A stretch of 49,195 nucleotides of DNA, taken from an uncultured Candidatus Saccharibacteria bacterium. GTDB lineage: Bacteria > Patescibacteriota > Minisyncoccia > Phycocordibacterales > JAACPR01. Within the stretch, counting starts at the first letter, position 1; every line of letters begins with the position of its first letter. Positions 1 through 8,574 of this stretch are shown here, in pieces. The stretch spans positions 1-49,195 of the forward strand of contig CAZPRI010000002.1 in NCBI GenBank assembly GCA_964589635.1, given 5' to 3'. The notes below the pieces were generated by a model. That model was not told where the DNA came from, did no database searches, and saw only the letters and a list, made by a program, of their open reading frames with translations. The position numbers were made by a program, and so were the translations under genes.

Positions 1-7
1 TTCTGAT

Positions 8-940
8 ATGAAGAAAATGATTCGTGTTGCACATGAAGAAAACGCGAATACTTTTTTGTTCACCTCAAGAAGAGGACTTTCTCCTACGATTGTATGCATA
101 GACTGTGGAACAATAGTCAGCTGTAATAATTGCAGTGCCCCAATGGTTTTACACGGTAAGGAGCCTACAGAGAAACATAATACTTTTTTATGTCACAGAT
201 GTGGTGAAAAAAGATGTGCAGGAGAATTATGTAAAAAGTGTAATGGATGGAGGTTAAAAACTTTAGGAATAGGTAGTCAATTAATTGAGCAGGAAATAAA
301 AAAAGAATTCCCAGATATGAAAGTTTTTGTTCTTGATGGTGATAATGCTAAAACTTCAAAGCAGGCTCATGCAATTGTCGAGGAATTTAATGCAAACCCA
401 GGGTCTCTTATTATAGGAACTGAAATGGCTCTACTCTATTTACGAGATGAAATAGACAATGTAGGAATAGTTTCTATAGATTCAATGTTTTCAAATCCTG
501 ATTTTAATATCAACGAAAGAATTATTAATACAATCTCACATACCAAATCAAAGGCCACCAAGAGATTCATGGTTCAAACAAGAAAAGCAGATGAATCAAT
601 TTTTAAATACATTATTTCTGGAAACCTAGCAGAATTTTTGAGAATAGAACTTGATGATAGAAAGAAATATAATTACCCACCCTATTCTATTCTTGTAAAA
701 ATAATCATTAAGGGTACGGAGGCTGGTGTTGAGAGAGAATTAACTACTCTTCGAGATTTTTTGAAGGAATATGAATTTAGTGAATATCCAATAATAAGAG
801 AAAGTACGAAAACAAAAATTACGAAAGGTGTTCTACTTCGATTCAAGAGAAAAGATTGGCCTAAAAAGGATCTTGTAGAAAAATTAAAACTTTTACCTAT
901 TTATTATAAAATTGTAGTAAATACAGAGAACATATTTTAA
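8..940 (+). CDS. priA: Primosomal protein N' (PriA), C-terminal part; probably cut by the window start
   Basis: RRG motif, four CxxC pairs (CIDC, CNNC, CHRC, CKKC), GIGSQ, IIGTEM, YPPYS; sits upstream of def-fmt. Confidence 0.9.
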   Translation: MKKMIRVAHEENANTFLFTSRRGLSPTIVCIDCGTIVSCNNCSAPMVLHGKEPTEKHNTFLCHRCGEKRCAGELCKKCNGWRLKTLGIGSQLIEQEIKKEFPDMKVFVLDGDNAKTSKQAHAIVEEFNANPGSLIIGTEMALLYLRDEIDNVGIVSIDSMFSNPDFNINERIINTISHTKSKATKRFMVQTRKADESIFKYIISGNLAEFLRIELDDRKKYNYPPYSILVKIIIKGTEAGVERELTTLRDFLKEYEFSEYPIIRESTKTKITKGVLLRFKRKDWPKKDLVEKLKLLPIYYKIVVNTENIF

Positions 941-948
941 ATATACAG

Positions 949-1135
949 CCACCTCCGTCATCATCCTCCAACACCACCGTCACTCTCCAAAACGCCACTA
1001 TCGTCCTCACAACACCCTCCGTCATCCTCGGGTTTAACCCGGGGACCCATGTTTTAAATTATTAAAAAGCATGCCTGAGCGCCGTAGCTTTAGCGAAGGC
1101 GTGGATCCCAGACTAAATCTGGGAAGACGAGGGTG
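949..1135. repeat. Composite palindromic REP/RPE-like element preceded by ~4 degenerate 20-22 bp tandem units
   Basis: Arms GTCATCCTCGGGTTTAACCCGGGGACCCA (1021-1049) and TGGATCCCAGACTAAATCTGGGAAGAC (1102-1128), central GCCGTAGCTTTAGCGAAGGC (1081-1100); left arm recurs at 2920-2973. Confidence 0.75.
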
Positions 1136-1238
1136 AATTCTGGATCTCTGCCGGATATTTTTACCCATTAGGTACAGAAATAATTAAAATTAAATATTTT
1201 CCTTGTAATTTAGGCTTTTTTTTCATAATCTATAACTA

Positions 1239-1733
1239 ATGAAGAAAATTGTGCAAAAAGATGAAAAGGTTCTTCGTAAAATTTCCAAAGAGGTTCCTGT
1301 TTCAGAAATAACATCATCAAAAACTCAAACAGTAATAAAAAATATGTTTGAGTCTCTTGCCAATGAGAGCGATGGCGTAGCGCTCGCCGCACCACAGATC
1401 GGAGAATCATTACGAATTTTTGTTATAAGCCCAAAAGCCTTTAACCATGAGGAAAATCACAAACTTATTTATATTAACCCTGTAATAAAGAAAAAATCAA
1501 AAGATAAGAAAAAATTAGATGAAGGGTGTCTTTCTTGTAGGTGGTATTACGGTAAAACAAAACGAGCTACAAGAGTTACAATCGAAGCTTATGATGAACA
1601 CGGAGATAAATTTGTAGCTGAAGGAAAGAAACTAATTGCCCAAATATTTCAACATGAAACAGACCACTTAGATGGAATACTTTTTCTAGATCATGCTACA
1701 GACTTAAAAGAAATTGAACCCGAACATGAATAA
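1239..1733 (+). CDS. def: Peptide deformylase
   Basis: GVALAAPQIG, EGCLS and QHETDHLDG motifs. Confidence 0.97.
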   Translation: MKKIVQKDEKVLRKISKEVPVSEITSSKTQTVIKNMFESLANESDGVALAAPQIGESLRIFVISPKAFNHEENHKLIYINPVIKKKSKDKKKLDEGCLSCRWYYGKTKRATRVTIEAYDEHGDKFVAEGKKLIAQIFQHETDHLDGILFLDHATDLKEIEPEHE

Positions 1734-2559
1734 TTTTATTTTTTTTGGAACAGACGACTTCTCGATTGAAGTTTTAAATACTCTCTTAGAAAAAGGTTTT
1801 AAACCGCATTCTTGCATTACTCAACCTGACAGACCAAAAGGAAGAAACCTTGTATTGACTGCTCCAGAGATAAAATTATTTTGTCATAAGAATAATATTT
1901 TAGTTTTACAACCAGAAATTTTAAACCTAGATACAATTCCGGTTGCGGATTATTTTGTTGTAGCTTCATACGGAAGAATTATCCCAAAAGAAATTGTGGA
2001 GTTACCAAGACTAGGGACATTAAATATTCATCCATCTCTTTTACCAAAACATCGTGGAGCAAGTCCTATCGAGGCTGTTATTTTAAATAATGAAAAAGAA
2101 ACAGGTGTAACTATTATGTTGATGGACGAAAAAATGGACCACGGACCAATTATCAAACAGAAGAAAGTATCTTTTGAAACTTGGCCAAACAAAATGGCAA
2201 TAAGAAAACAAATGGCAAAGATAGGCGGAGAAATGCTTGTAGAAATAATTCCAAAAATGATTAGTGGTGAGATGAAAACTATTAAGCAAAATCATGACGA
2301 AGCTACTTTTACAAAGATGCTAAAAAAAGCAGATGGAAAAATTAATCTAGAAGATGACCCTGAAAAAAACTATTTAAAATATATCGCACTGAATCCTTGG
2401 CCAGGAACTTTTTTCTTTATCAAAAAAGATGGCAGAGATATGAGAGTAAAAATTAAAGAAGCAGTTTTAGAAAATAATGAATTTCTAATTAAAAAAGTCA
2501 TCCCTGAAGGTAAATCAGAAATGACTTTTAAGAGTTTTGAGAATGGGTATCTGAAGTAA
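1726..2559 (+). CDS. fmt: Methionyl-tRNA formyltransferase
   Basis: FFGT, TQPDRPKGR, NIHPSLLPKHRGASP, MDHGPII; ATG at 1726 preferred over the track's TTG at 1714. Confidence 0.95.
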   Translation: MNNFIFFGTDDFSIEVLNTLLEKGFKPHSCITQPDRPKGRNLVLTAPEIKLFCHKNNILVLQPEILNLDTIPVADYFVVASYGRIIPKEIVELPRLGTLNIHPSLLPKHRGASPIEAVILNNEKETGVTIMLMDEKMDHGPIIKQKKVSFETWPNKMAIRKQMAKIGGEMLVEIIPKMISGEMKTIKQNHDEATFTKMLKKADGKINLEDDPEKNYLKYIALNPWPGTFFFIKKDGRDMRVKIKEAVLENNEFLIKKVIPEGKSEMTFKSFENGYLK

Positions 2560-2814
2560 TTAAATTATTCTAAACTTCTGTTCTACTCTATCTAATCGAG
2601 ATTCACATATTTCAAGCCTTCTTTCACTGTGTTCCCTCATAGATTTTAATTCTTCAAAAACAACCTGGAATTTATCATTATTTTCATCCCTAAATGCATC
2701 AATATAGAATTTAAATTTTTCATCTAGGTAGTCTTTTGTTACATAATCTTGATCTTCTAAATATCCTTTTGTAACGACACCTTCTCTCTCTTTTTTAGTT
2801 AGTTTTCTTAACAT
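2560..2814 (-). CDS. Small hypothetical coiled-coil protein
   Basis: 84 aa ORF with repeated VTKxYL motif; TGaTAAAAT 6 nt upstream of ATG. Confidence 0.7.
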   Translation of the reverse strand: MLRKLTKKEREGVVTKGYLEDQDYVTKDYLDEKFKFYIDAFRDENNDKFQVVFEELKSMREHSERRLEICESRLDRVEQKFRII

Positions 2815-2896
2815 AAATTCATTTTATCATATTTGAAAAATACTACTTTTCCACATATATATTTTCTTTAGAATAATTTTATAAAAAGGCCCTAAA

Positions 2897-2973
2897 CCGT
2901 CATCTTCCGCAACACCACCGTCATCCTCGGGTCCTGCCTACCGGCAGGCAGGTTAACCCGGGGACCCATGTTT
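2897..2973. repeat. Second, partial copy of the 949-1135 element with a 20-bp palindromic insert
   Basis: GTCATCCTCGGGT[CCTGCCTACCGGCAGGCAGG]TTAACCCGGGGACCCATGTTT; identical to 1021-1054 once the insert is removed. Confidence 0.85.
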
Positions 2974-2981
2974 AGAATAAT

Positions 2982-3014
2982 AAAAAAGCCGCGCCCGAAG
3001 GGGCGCGGCTTTTT
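2982..3014 (-). terminator. Intrinsic terminator after the cyclophilin gene (bidirectional shape)
   Basis: A-tract, AGCCGCGCCC-GAAG-GGGCGCGGCT, T-tract. Confidence 0.85.
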
Positions 3015-3031
3015 CAATCTAAAACATTCTG

Positions 3032-3706
3032 TTAGTACAATTCAACCGAATTAATCACCATATCATCAACCGGTTTATCTCCTGGCTCTGTAGGTGTAGA
3101 TTCAATTTTTGAAACTACATCCATTCCTTCAACGACTTTTCCAAAAACTGAATGTTTACCATCTAGGAAAGAGTTATCAGCTGTATTAATAAAGAATTGA
3201 GAACCATTTGTATTTGGTCCTGAGTTGGCCATAGAAATTGTTCCAGAAACATTACTCAAACCTTTCACAAATTCATCTTCAAACTTATATCCTGGTCCAC
3301 CTGTCCCCCAATAAGCTTTTTGTGATTCTTCTTTTGAAAGTGGATCTCCTGATTGAATCATAAATCCTTGTATCACTCTATGAAATCTAACACCATCGTA
3401 AAATCCTTCTTTCGCTAGTGTTGCAAAATTTCCAGCTGTCTTTGGAACTTGCTCCTTAAATAATTCTATTTTTATATCACCTTGATTTGTTTTCAAGACT
3501 ACTCCATTAAATTCTTGATCCATAATTACTTGTTCTTTATTATCTTCTTTTAATACTACTTCATCTTCTTTTTCATAATCAACAACTTCTTCTGAAGGTG
3601 ATCCTGTAAAATCAACTCCGTTATTAGTTCGATCTACAGAATAAGCTAGAGCTCCAATTATTACAATTAAAGCTATTGATAAAAATATTTGTAATGCTTT
3701 ATTCAT
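3032..3706 (-). CDS. Cyclophilin-type peptidyl-prolyl isomerase with N-terminal membrane anchor
   Basis: FYDGVRFHRVIQGFMIQSGDP, SMANSGPNTNGSQFFI, LDGKHSVFGKV. Confidence 0.95.
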   Translation of the reverse strand: MNKALQIFLSIALIVIIGALAYSVDRTNNGVDFTGSPSEEVVDYEKEDEVVLKEDNKEQVIMDQEFNGVVLKTNQGDIKIELFKEQVPKTAGNFATLAKEGFYDGVRFHRVIQGFMIQSGDPLSKEESQKAYWGTGGPGYKFEDEFVKGLSNVSGTISMANSGPNTNGSQFFINTADNSFLDGKHSVFGKVVEGMDVVSKIESTPTEPGDKPVDDMVINSVELY

Positions 3707-4070
3707 TGATATTTCCTCTTCTTAATAATCTTTTAATTTGTCTTGCACCTTTTTTGAATAAATCAAAACTCTTTCCTTTTCCTCTTCTAATTCTCTTTTC
3801 TAACTCCTGTCGCGCCTCATCAATTGAAACGACAATGTCGAAGTTTGTATTCTCTACTCTAATAGTCCTTCCTTTATAGCTGAAATTAATTTCGGTTCTA
3901 TATACTTCACCCTTTTGATGTCGTGCACTTTTCTCAACCTCAACTTCTGCTAAAGGAATTTCATCTGTCACATCAATAAGTCTTTCTACTAAAGAAATTT
4001 TCTCTCTAATAATTGAATCTATATTTTGAGTCACTTCAAAATTTTTGCTTTTGATATTTATATTTATCAT
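3699..4070 (-). CDS. raiA: Ribosome hibernation factor (HPF/RaiA family)
   Basis: INIKSKNFEVT N-terminus, HQKGEVYRTEIN, SIDEARQELEKRIRR. Confidence 0.85.
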   Translation of the reverse strand: MININIKSKNFEVTQNIDSIIREKISLVERLIDVTDEIPLAEVEVEKSARHQKGEVYRTEINFSYKGRTIRVENTNFDIVVSIDEARQELEKRIRRGKGKSFDLFKKGARQIKRLLRRGNINE

Positions 4071-4077
4071 ACATTCA

Positions 4078-4305
4078 TTATATCAAATTTGAATCCTCAA
4101 CCGAAATAAGCTTGCGTGGGCTTGTGTGCCCATTAATTATCCTGATTTTTTTTGTTTGAAAATATTGAGAAAGCATAGAAAGAATTCTTCTATTTGCTTG
4201 GTTATTTTTAGCTTCTTCCTTTACAGATATTTCAAAATATAGGGGTTTTAACTCAATAAACACTTCTTTCTTTTGCTTAGTTAGCACACTAACATGAATA
4301 TACAT
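4078..4305 (-). CDS. DUF167 (YggU-like) protein
   Basis: VKEEAKNNQAN and IINGHTSPRK motifs; start moved to MYIHVSV, 6 nt after TGgTATAAT, because the longer start runs through a terminator. Confidence 0.8.
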   Translation of the reverse strand: MYIHVSVLTKQKKEVFIELKPLYFEISVKEEAKNNQANRRILSMLSQYFQTKKIRIINGHTSPRKLISVEDSNLI

Positions 4306-4321
4306 AAAAATATTATACCAA

Positions 4322-4353
4322 TTGAAAAAACACTCTAAGGAGTGTTTTTTCAA
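4322..4353 (-). terminator. Intrinsic terminator
   Basis: Perfect 14-bp inverted repeat TTGAAAAAACACTC-TAAG-GAGTGTTTTTTCAA. Confidence 0.75.
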
Positions 4354-4359
4354 AAGTCT

Positions 4360-4498
4360 AGGTTACGCATATTTGAGGTTTCTAGCTATTTATTAATGTG
4401 GCACCCTTTGTTTGAAATCGAAGCCTCATAAACAACGAATAAACTATATCGGGTTCCTTTTTAGTATTACTTAATTTAGAACCCAAACAAAGTAACCT
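4360..4498 (-). ncRNA. Candidate structured non-coding RNA, family unknown
   Basis: Closing stem AGGTTAC/GTAACCT, two inner stems and a possible 9-bp pseudoknot; followed immediately by a terminator. Confidence 0.45.
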
Positions 4499-4575
4499 GT
4501 ATTAATCATTATTCCTTATTCACCTAAAGTCAAATTAAAAAAGTGGAAAAACACTGCATGAAATGTGGAAAACTT

Positions 4576-5241
4576 TTAGTTCCTTTGTGGAGGTCTCCAG
4601 AAAATTCTCTCAGTAACAGAGTGTTGCCCACCACTCTTCACTTTGTTAGCATATTTAAAACCTTTTTTTCTACACTTCTTTAGAACTCTCTTGTTTTCAA
4701 ATGTTTTTACGTCTCCACTATAAAATGCTCCGTGGACTTGTGCACCAAAATATAAAAAAACAGATCTAAGCCAAAAAGGAGGAAAAGCAAAGAATAAAAC
4801 TTTCTGAGCCCAATTAGGCGTTCCTCCAGAAACAAGAAAATATGTTTTTAAGTAATCTAATTTCCCTACTGGTTGTCCCACTACATTTTTTTGTGACATA
4901 TCAAGAGCGATACATCTTAACCTATCAATAAGATTTTTTAATTGAGCAGGAACAGAGAAATTATAAGTTGGTGTAGAAATAACTAGACCCTCTGATACTT
5001 TTATTTTATTAATTAACTCTCTAAAATCTTTTTCATGCTCTTGAGGACCATCTCCGTTTTCATATTTATATAAATCTATAGCAATATCACTTAGGTAAAT
5101 TTTTTCAATTTCTACTCCATCAAGCTCTTTCACTCCTTCTATAAAGGAATCCAACATAGTATCTGAATTTCTCCCCCTTGAAGGAGAACACGATAAAGCT
5201 AATATATTTATTCCAGAAGTATCTTTCTCTATTTCAGACAT
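4576..5241 (-). CDS. Flavodoxin-like NAD(P)H-dependent FMN reductase family protein
   Basis: SCSPSRGRNS, STPTYNFSVPAQLKNLIDR. Confidence 0.85.
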   Translation of the reverse strand: MSEIEKDTSGINILALSCSPSRGRNSDTMLDSFIEGVKELDGVEIEKIYLSDIAIDLYKYENGDGPQEHEKDFRELINKIKVSEGLVISTPTYNFSVPAQLKNLIDRLRCIALDMSQKNVVGQPVGKLDYLKTYFLVSGGTPNWAQKVLFFAFPPFWLRSVFLYFGAQVHGAFYSGDVKTFENKRVLKKCRKKGFKYANKVKSGGQHSVTERIFWRPPQRN

Positions 5242-5339
5242 AATTAATCATATCTTATCAGAAAACTTTATTTTGGTCTCCAAAAAAGTGATAGACTTAT
5301 AAATAGATTTGTTTTTTCAAAAACCAAACAACCGCAACG

Positions 5340-6194
5340 ATGAATACAATAAGAAAAATATCTACCAAATGGTGGAGAGAGGAGGCAAATAAACCTGTCA
5401 CCGTGTTGATTCTACTATTCCAGCTTTTGTCTTTTGGCGTTCTGTTCCCTTCACTTTTTAGTTGGAGCGGAGTTTTTATCGCAATTGGTCTATATTGGAT
5501 TAGTGGAGGTCTTGGGATAACACTCTGTTATCACAGATTGTTAACTCACAAGTCCTTTGAAACCCCAAAATGGGTTCGCTACGTACTGACTACTTTTGCC
5601 TGTCTTACCTGGCAAGGTCCACCAAAAACATGGGTTGGAACTCACAGGTATCACCACAAACACTCAGATGATGATCTTGACCCGCATAGCCCCAAACATG
5701 GCTTTACATGGTCTCACATCACCTGGGTCCTAACGAAATCTCCTGACGGATTTGATGCATCTCAATTCGCTAAGGATTTAGACAAAGAACCCTTCATGAG
5801 ATTCTTGGATACATTTTGGTGGCTTCCTCAGATACTTCTTATGATTATCTTGGGAATAGTTGGATGGATAACACAAGACATTCTACTTGGATTATCTTGG
5901 ATGGTTTGGGGTGGTCCATTTAGGACAACTCTCGTCTATCATTTCACATGGTTTGTGAACTCTGCAGCTCACACATGGGGCTACAGAAATTTTCAGACAT
6001 CTGATAACTCGAGAAATCTTTGGTGGGTAGCTCTTCTCTCTTGGGGAGAAGGTCATCACAATAATCACCATGGAGAACCGAGCTCCGCAGCTCATGGAAT
6101 GAAATGGTTCGAGCTTGATCCTACGTATTGGACAATCAATATTATGAGTTGGTTTGGACTTGCGTCGAACATTAAACGGCCAAAAAAATTATAA
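5340..6194 (+). CDS. Membrane fatty-acid desaturase (delta-9 / acyl-CoA desaturase family)
   Basis: Three His boxes HRLLTH, HRYHH, HNNHH; GITLCY, WFVNSAAH, DPTYW. Confidence 0.93.
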   Translation: MNTIRKISTKWWREEANKPVTVLILLFQLLSFGVLFPSLFSWSGVFIAIGLYWISGGLGITLCYHRLLTHKSFETPKWVRYVLTTFACLTWQGPPKTWVGTHRYHHKHSDDDLDPHSPKHGFTWSHITWVLTKSPDGFDASQFAKDLDKEPFMRFLDTFWWLPQILLMIILGIVGWITQDILLGLSWMVWGGPFRTTLVYHFTWFVNSAAHTWGYRNFQTSDNSRNLWWVALLSWGEGHHNNHHGEPSSAAHGMKWFELDPTYWTINIMSWFGLASNIKRPKKL

Positions 6195-6228
6195 AAAAGC
6201 CGCGCCCTTCGGGCGCGGCTTTCTTTTT
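6193..6228. terminator. Bidirectional intrinsic terminator
   Basis: AGCCGCGCCC-TTC-GGGCGCGGCT between convergent genes. Confidence 0.85.
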
Positions 6229-6346
6229 ATTTCTTCTTCTTTGCTGCCTTTTTAGCAAGCATTTCCTTTTTAATTTCTAATCTTTTTTTTGTTTTTTTTG
6301 ATCGAGAAGTTCTATCCTTCCCAACTCCTGTTGCTCTTTTTGCCAT
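6227..6346 (-). CDS. 39-aa Lys/Arg-rich protein, not in the ORF track
   Basis: MAKRATGVGKDRTSRSKKTKKRLEIKKEMLAKKAAKKKK; TATAAT 7 nt before ATG; stop abuts a terminator. Confidence 0.7.
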   Translation of the reverse strand: MAKRATGVGKDRTSRSKKTKKRLEIKKEMLAKKAAKKKK

Positions 6347-6440
6347 GAGCTCCATTATACACGAATCGCTATTGATTTAAAGTGTTTTTTTGATATGATT
6401 TTGAAACACTATTATTTCTGCATAGAAAATTAGTGAATAT

Positions 6441-6512
6441 TCCGTGGTAGCTCAATGGTAGAGCAAACGACTGTTAATCGTTAGGTTACAGGTTCGAATC
6501 CTGTCCGCGGAG
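6441..6512 (+). tRNA. tRNA-Asn (GTT); CCA not encoded in the integrated state
   Basis: Acceptor TCCGTGG/CCGCGGA, D arm GCTC-AATGGTA-GAGC, anticodon arm AACGA-CTGTTAA-TCGTT, T arm ACAGG-TTCGAAT-CCTGT. Confidence 0.97.
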
Positions 6513-8171
6513 CATTATAGGTTGAGAGGACACGAAAGTGTCCTTTTGCCTTTTTACAGAGCCGTATTTTTGAGTTCGAGAATTGATTTTTCGACCTTTT
6601 GCACCTTTAACGTTTTCTGTTACGAATGAATGCACTTCACCCTTTAATACAGGGTTATTTTCAACATCTTCGTTCAGTTCGAGACTTTCATTAACTTTCG
6701 GCATCCACTCCTCCAAAAACGAGAATGTTAACGTGTATTTCGGTTCTACTAACCCTTTTAAGATATTTGCACTCGAAAGTGCGTACGACAAAAATAGTCT
6801 CTTTTGCTCACGTGTAGCATTCTTACTCCTGTATATTTTTTCAGCATTAGTTGCAAGTTCGTGAATGGCAAATCCAACTTCGTAGTAGGCATTATTATTC
6901 GTTTCAAGCTCATTTAGGGCTTGCTGAATGTCCTCTCGCTGACACTTGAAGCTGGTATGTTTCTCATCGTATAACTCAGGACTTATTCTGCCGTCGAGAC
7001 GGTCTTCGTACATCGTATCCATTCTCTGCTTTATTCTAGTGAGCTGGTTCTCTAAGCTTGTTTTCTGTGCCTCATAACAGGCAATTTCTTCGCTATGGCT
7101 CTCTTTTAGAGCTTTCTCTAGTACTTTGAGTACTTTCTCACCCTTAGGGGCAACAGAGACGATTTTAGAGAGCAATGCGTCCTCCAATTTGTCCTGCCAA
7201 ATATACTTCTTAACTTCATCAAGCTGTGCTTTGCACTGTTTGCAACCTCCGTAAATCCTACCTTTTTGCTTCTCGAAGTTAACGGTACTATTGCACTTTC
7301 CACATTTAATCTTTCCTTGCAAAACTTTCATATGTTTCGTCTGATAAGGACTAGTGGTGTTCCGTGTTATTTTCTCTTGTACCTGCTCAAAAACTTTTTT
7401 AGTTATAAGAGGTTTATGTTTTCCTTTATACAAGACACCTTTCCAAACGAGCTCTCCGTAGTAGAAAGGGTCTTTAAGTAGCTCGTGTATTCTACTTTTA
7501 ACAATCTTGTTGCCGTTGGCATTTCTCAAACCGAGCTCGTGCATCTTGTCGGCAAGTGCTTTCGTAGAGTAGTTACCTGTAGCATAAAGCTTGAACATCT
7601 TAACCACCATAGGAGCTACGTCCTCATTAACGATATGGATTTTGTGTCCCTTCTCGCCAATAGTTTTGTATCCAACAGGTGGTTTAGTGGGTAACCAGCC
7701 CTGTGAAATCTTTTCTTTTTGTCCCTTTCTGACTTCCTCAGAAAGATTATTGATATAAAAGTGAGCTACCGCCACCTTCATATCCCATACAAAGTTTTCG
7801 TGGGCTCGTGTCTCTTCATTCACCACAAAGGACTCTTTGACGAAGTGTATTTCTCGCTCTTTGGACTCTTTAACCCACTCGCTCATAATGCCTGCGTCTT
7901 TTGGGTTACGGGTAAGACGGTCAATTTTTTCACACAGTATCACACTGATACCTTCCGTATTTACAAATCGAAGCATCTCGTTAAATGTCTTACGGATTAT
8001 TTTTCCACTTGCTGACTCACTGTTGCGAAAAATACGCACCACCTCATATCCTTCTTTAATAGCGTACTCTTCAAGTAACTTAATCTGGGCTTCGAGTGAA
8101 TAACCCGTCTCTTCTTGTTCTCGAGATGATACTCGAGCGTAAATAACTGCTTTTATCTTTGTAGTTTTCAT
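6486..8171 (-). CDS. Large serine recombinase (integrase)
   Basis: YARVSS catalytic motif, SESAS, KIDRLTRN, PPVGY, zinc ribbon (CGKC...CKQC), coiled coil; last codons are antisense to the tRNA. Confidence 0.95.
   Translation of the reverse strand: MKTTKIKAVIYARVSSREQEETGYSLEAQIKLLEEYAIKEGYEVVRIFRNSESASGKIIRKTFNEMLRFVNTEGISVILCEKIDRLTRNPKDAGIMSEWVKESKEREIHFVKESFVVNEETRAHENFVWDMKVAVAHFYINNLSEEVRKGQKEKISQGWLPTKPPVGYKTIGEKGHKIHIVNEDVAPMVVKMFKLYATGNYSTKALADKMHELGLRNANGNKIVKSRIHELLKDPFYYGELVWKGVLYKGKHKPLITKKVFEQVQEKITRNTTSPYQTKHMKVLQGKIKCGKCNSTVNFEKQKGRIYGGCKQCKAQLDEVKKYIWQDKLEDALLSKIVSVAPKGEKVLKVLEKALKESHSEEIACYEAQKTSLENQLTRIKQRMDTMYEDRLDGRISPELYDEKHTSFKCQREDIQQALNELETNNNAYYEVGFAIHELATNAEKIYRSKNATREQKRLFLSYALSSANILKGLVEPKYTLTFSFLEEWMPKVNESLELNEDVENNPVLKGEVHSFVTENVKGAKGRKINSRTQKYGSVKRQKDTFVSSQPIMLRGQDSNL
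6527..6547 (+). terminator. Element-supplied terminator behind the tRNA
   Basis: AGGACAC-GAAA-GTGTCCT followed by TTT, 14 nt after the tRNA. Confidence 0.6.
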
Positions 8172-8198
8172 AGTGTTTTCTTAGTTATATTTTAACAA

Positions 8199-8480
8199 TT
8201 AGCGCTTAGAACGCATAGTTTTTTGAGATAGTTTTTTAGCTTTCCGCCAACCACTTTTCCCAAAGTAAGCACGACATATTTTGTCGAGAAATCGAGAGAG
8301 CGTTAACTCTTCTACGCGTGCCTCTCTACAAATAAGAGCGTGCCATTCTTTCCGAATACGGATTTGTACTGTGCTTCTTTGTTGCCTAAATCGTAGATGT
8401 GAATGACATAGTTCTTCCTTTGCTTTTTTCTGCGACATTTTGTCGACACTTTTCTGCCAAACGACTTTTTTATCCCTCAT
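8199..8480 (-). CDS. Putative ribbon-helix-helix DNA-binding protein
   Basis: STVQIRI strand followed by KEWHALICREA and TLSRFLDKI helices; directly upstream of the recombinase; start uncertain. Confidence 0.55.
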   Translation of the reverse strand: MRDKKVVWQKSVDKMSQKKAKEELCHSHLRFRQQRSTVQIRIRKEWHALICREARVEELTLSRFLDKICRAYFGKSGWRKAKKLSQKTMRSKR

Positions 8481-8574
8481 ATCTTCTGGGAGTTAGCTTG
8501 TAATGTTATGTACCAGATACTCATTGGGTCGACTCAACCTTTACATCCCTCGTGGGAGACGACACAACTCAGTT

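Noticed and set aside
949-1030. Tandem units as a CRISPR array
   Set aside because: Units are ~21 bp, degenerate and adjacent with no unique spacers; no cas genes in the window
4360-4498. raiA-motif RNA, SRP RNA or a known riboswitch
   Set aside because: I could not find the conserved sequences I know for these; a terminator and the DUF167 gene separate it from raiA
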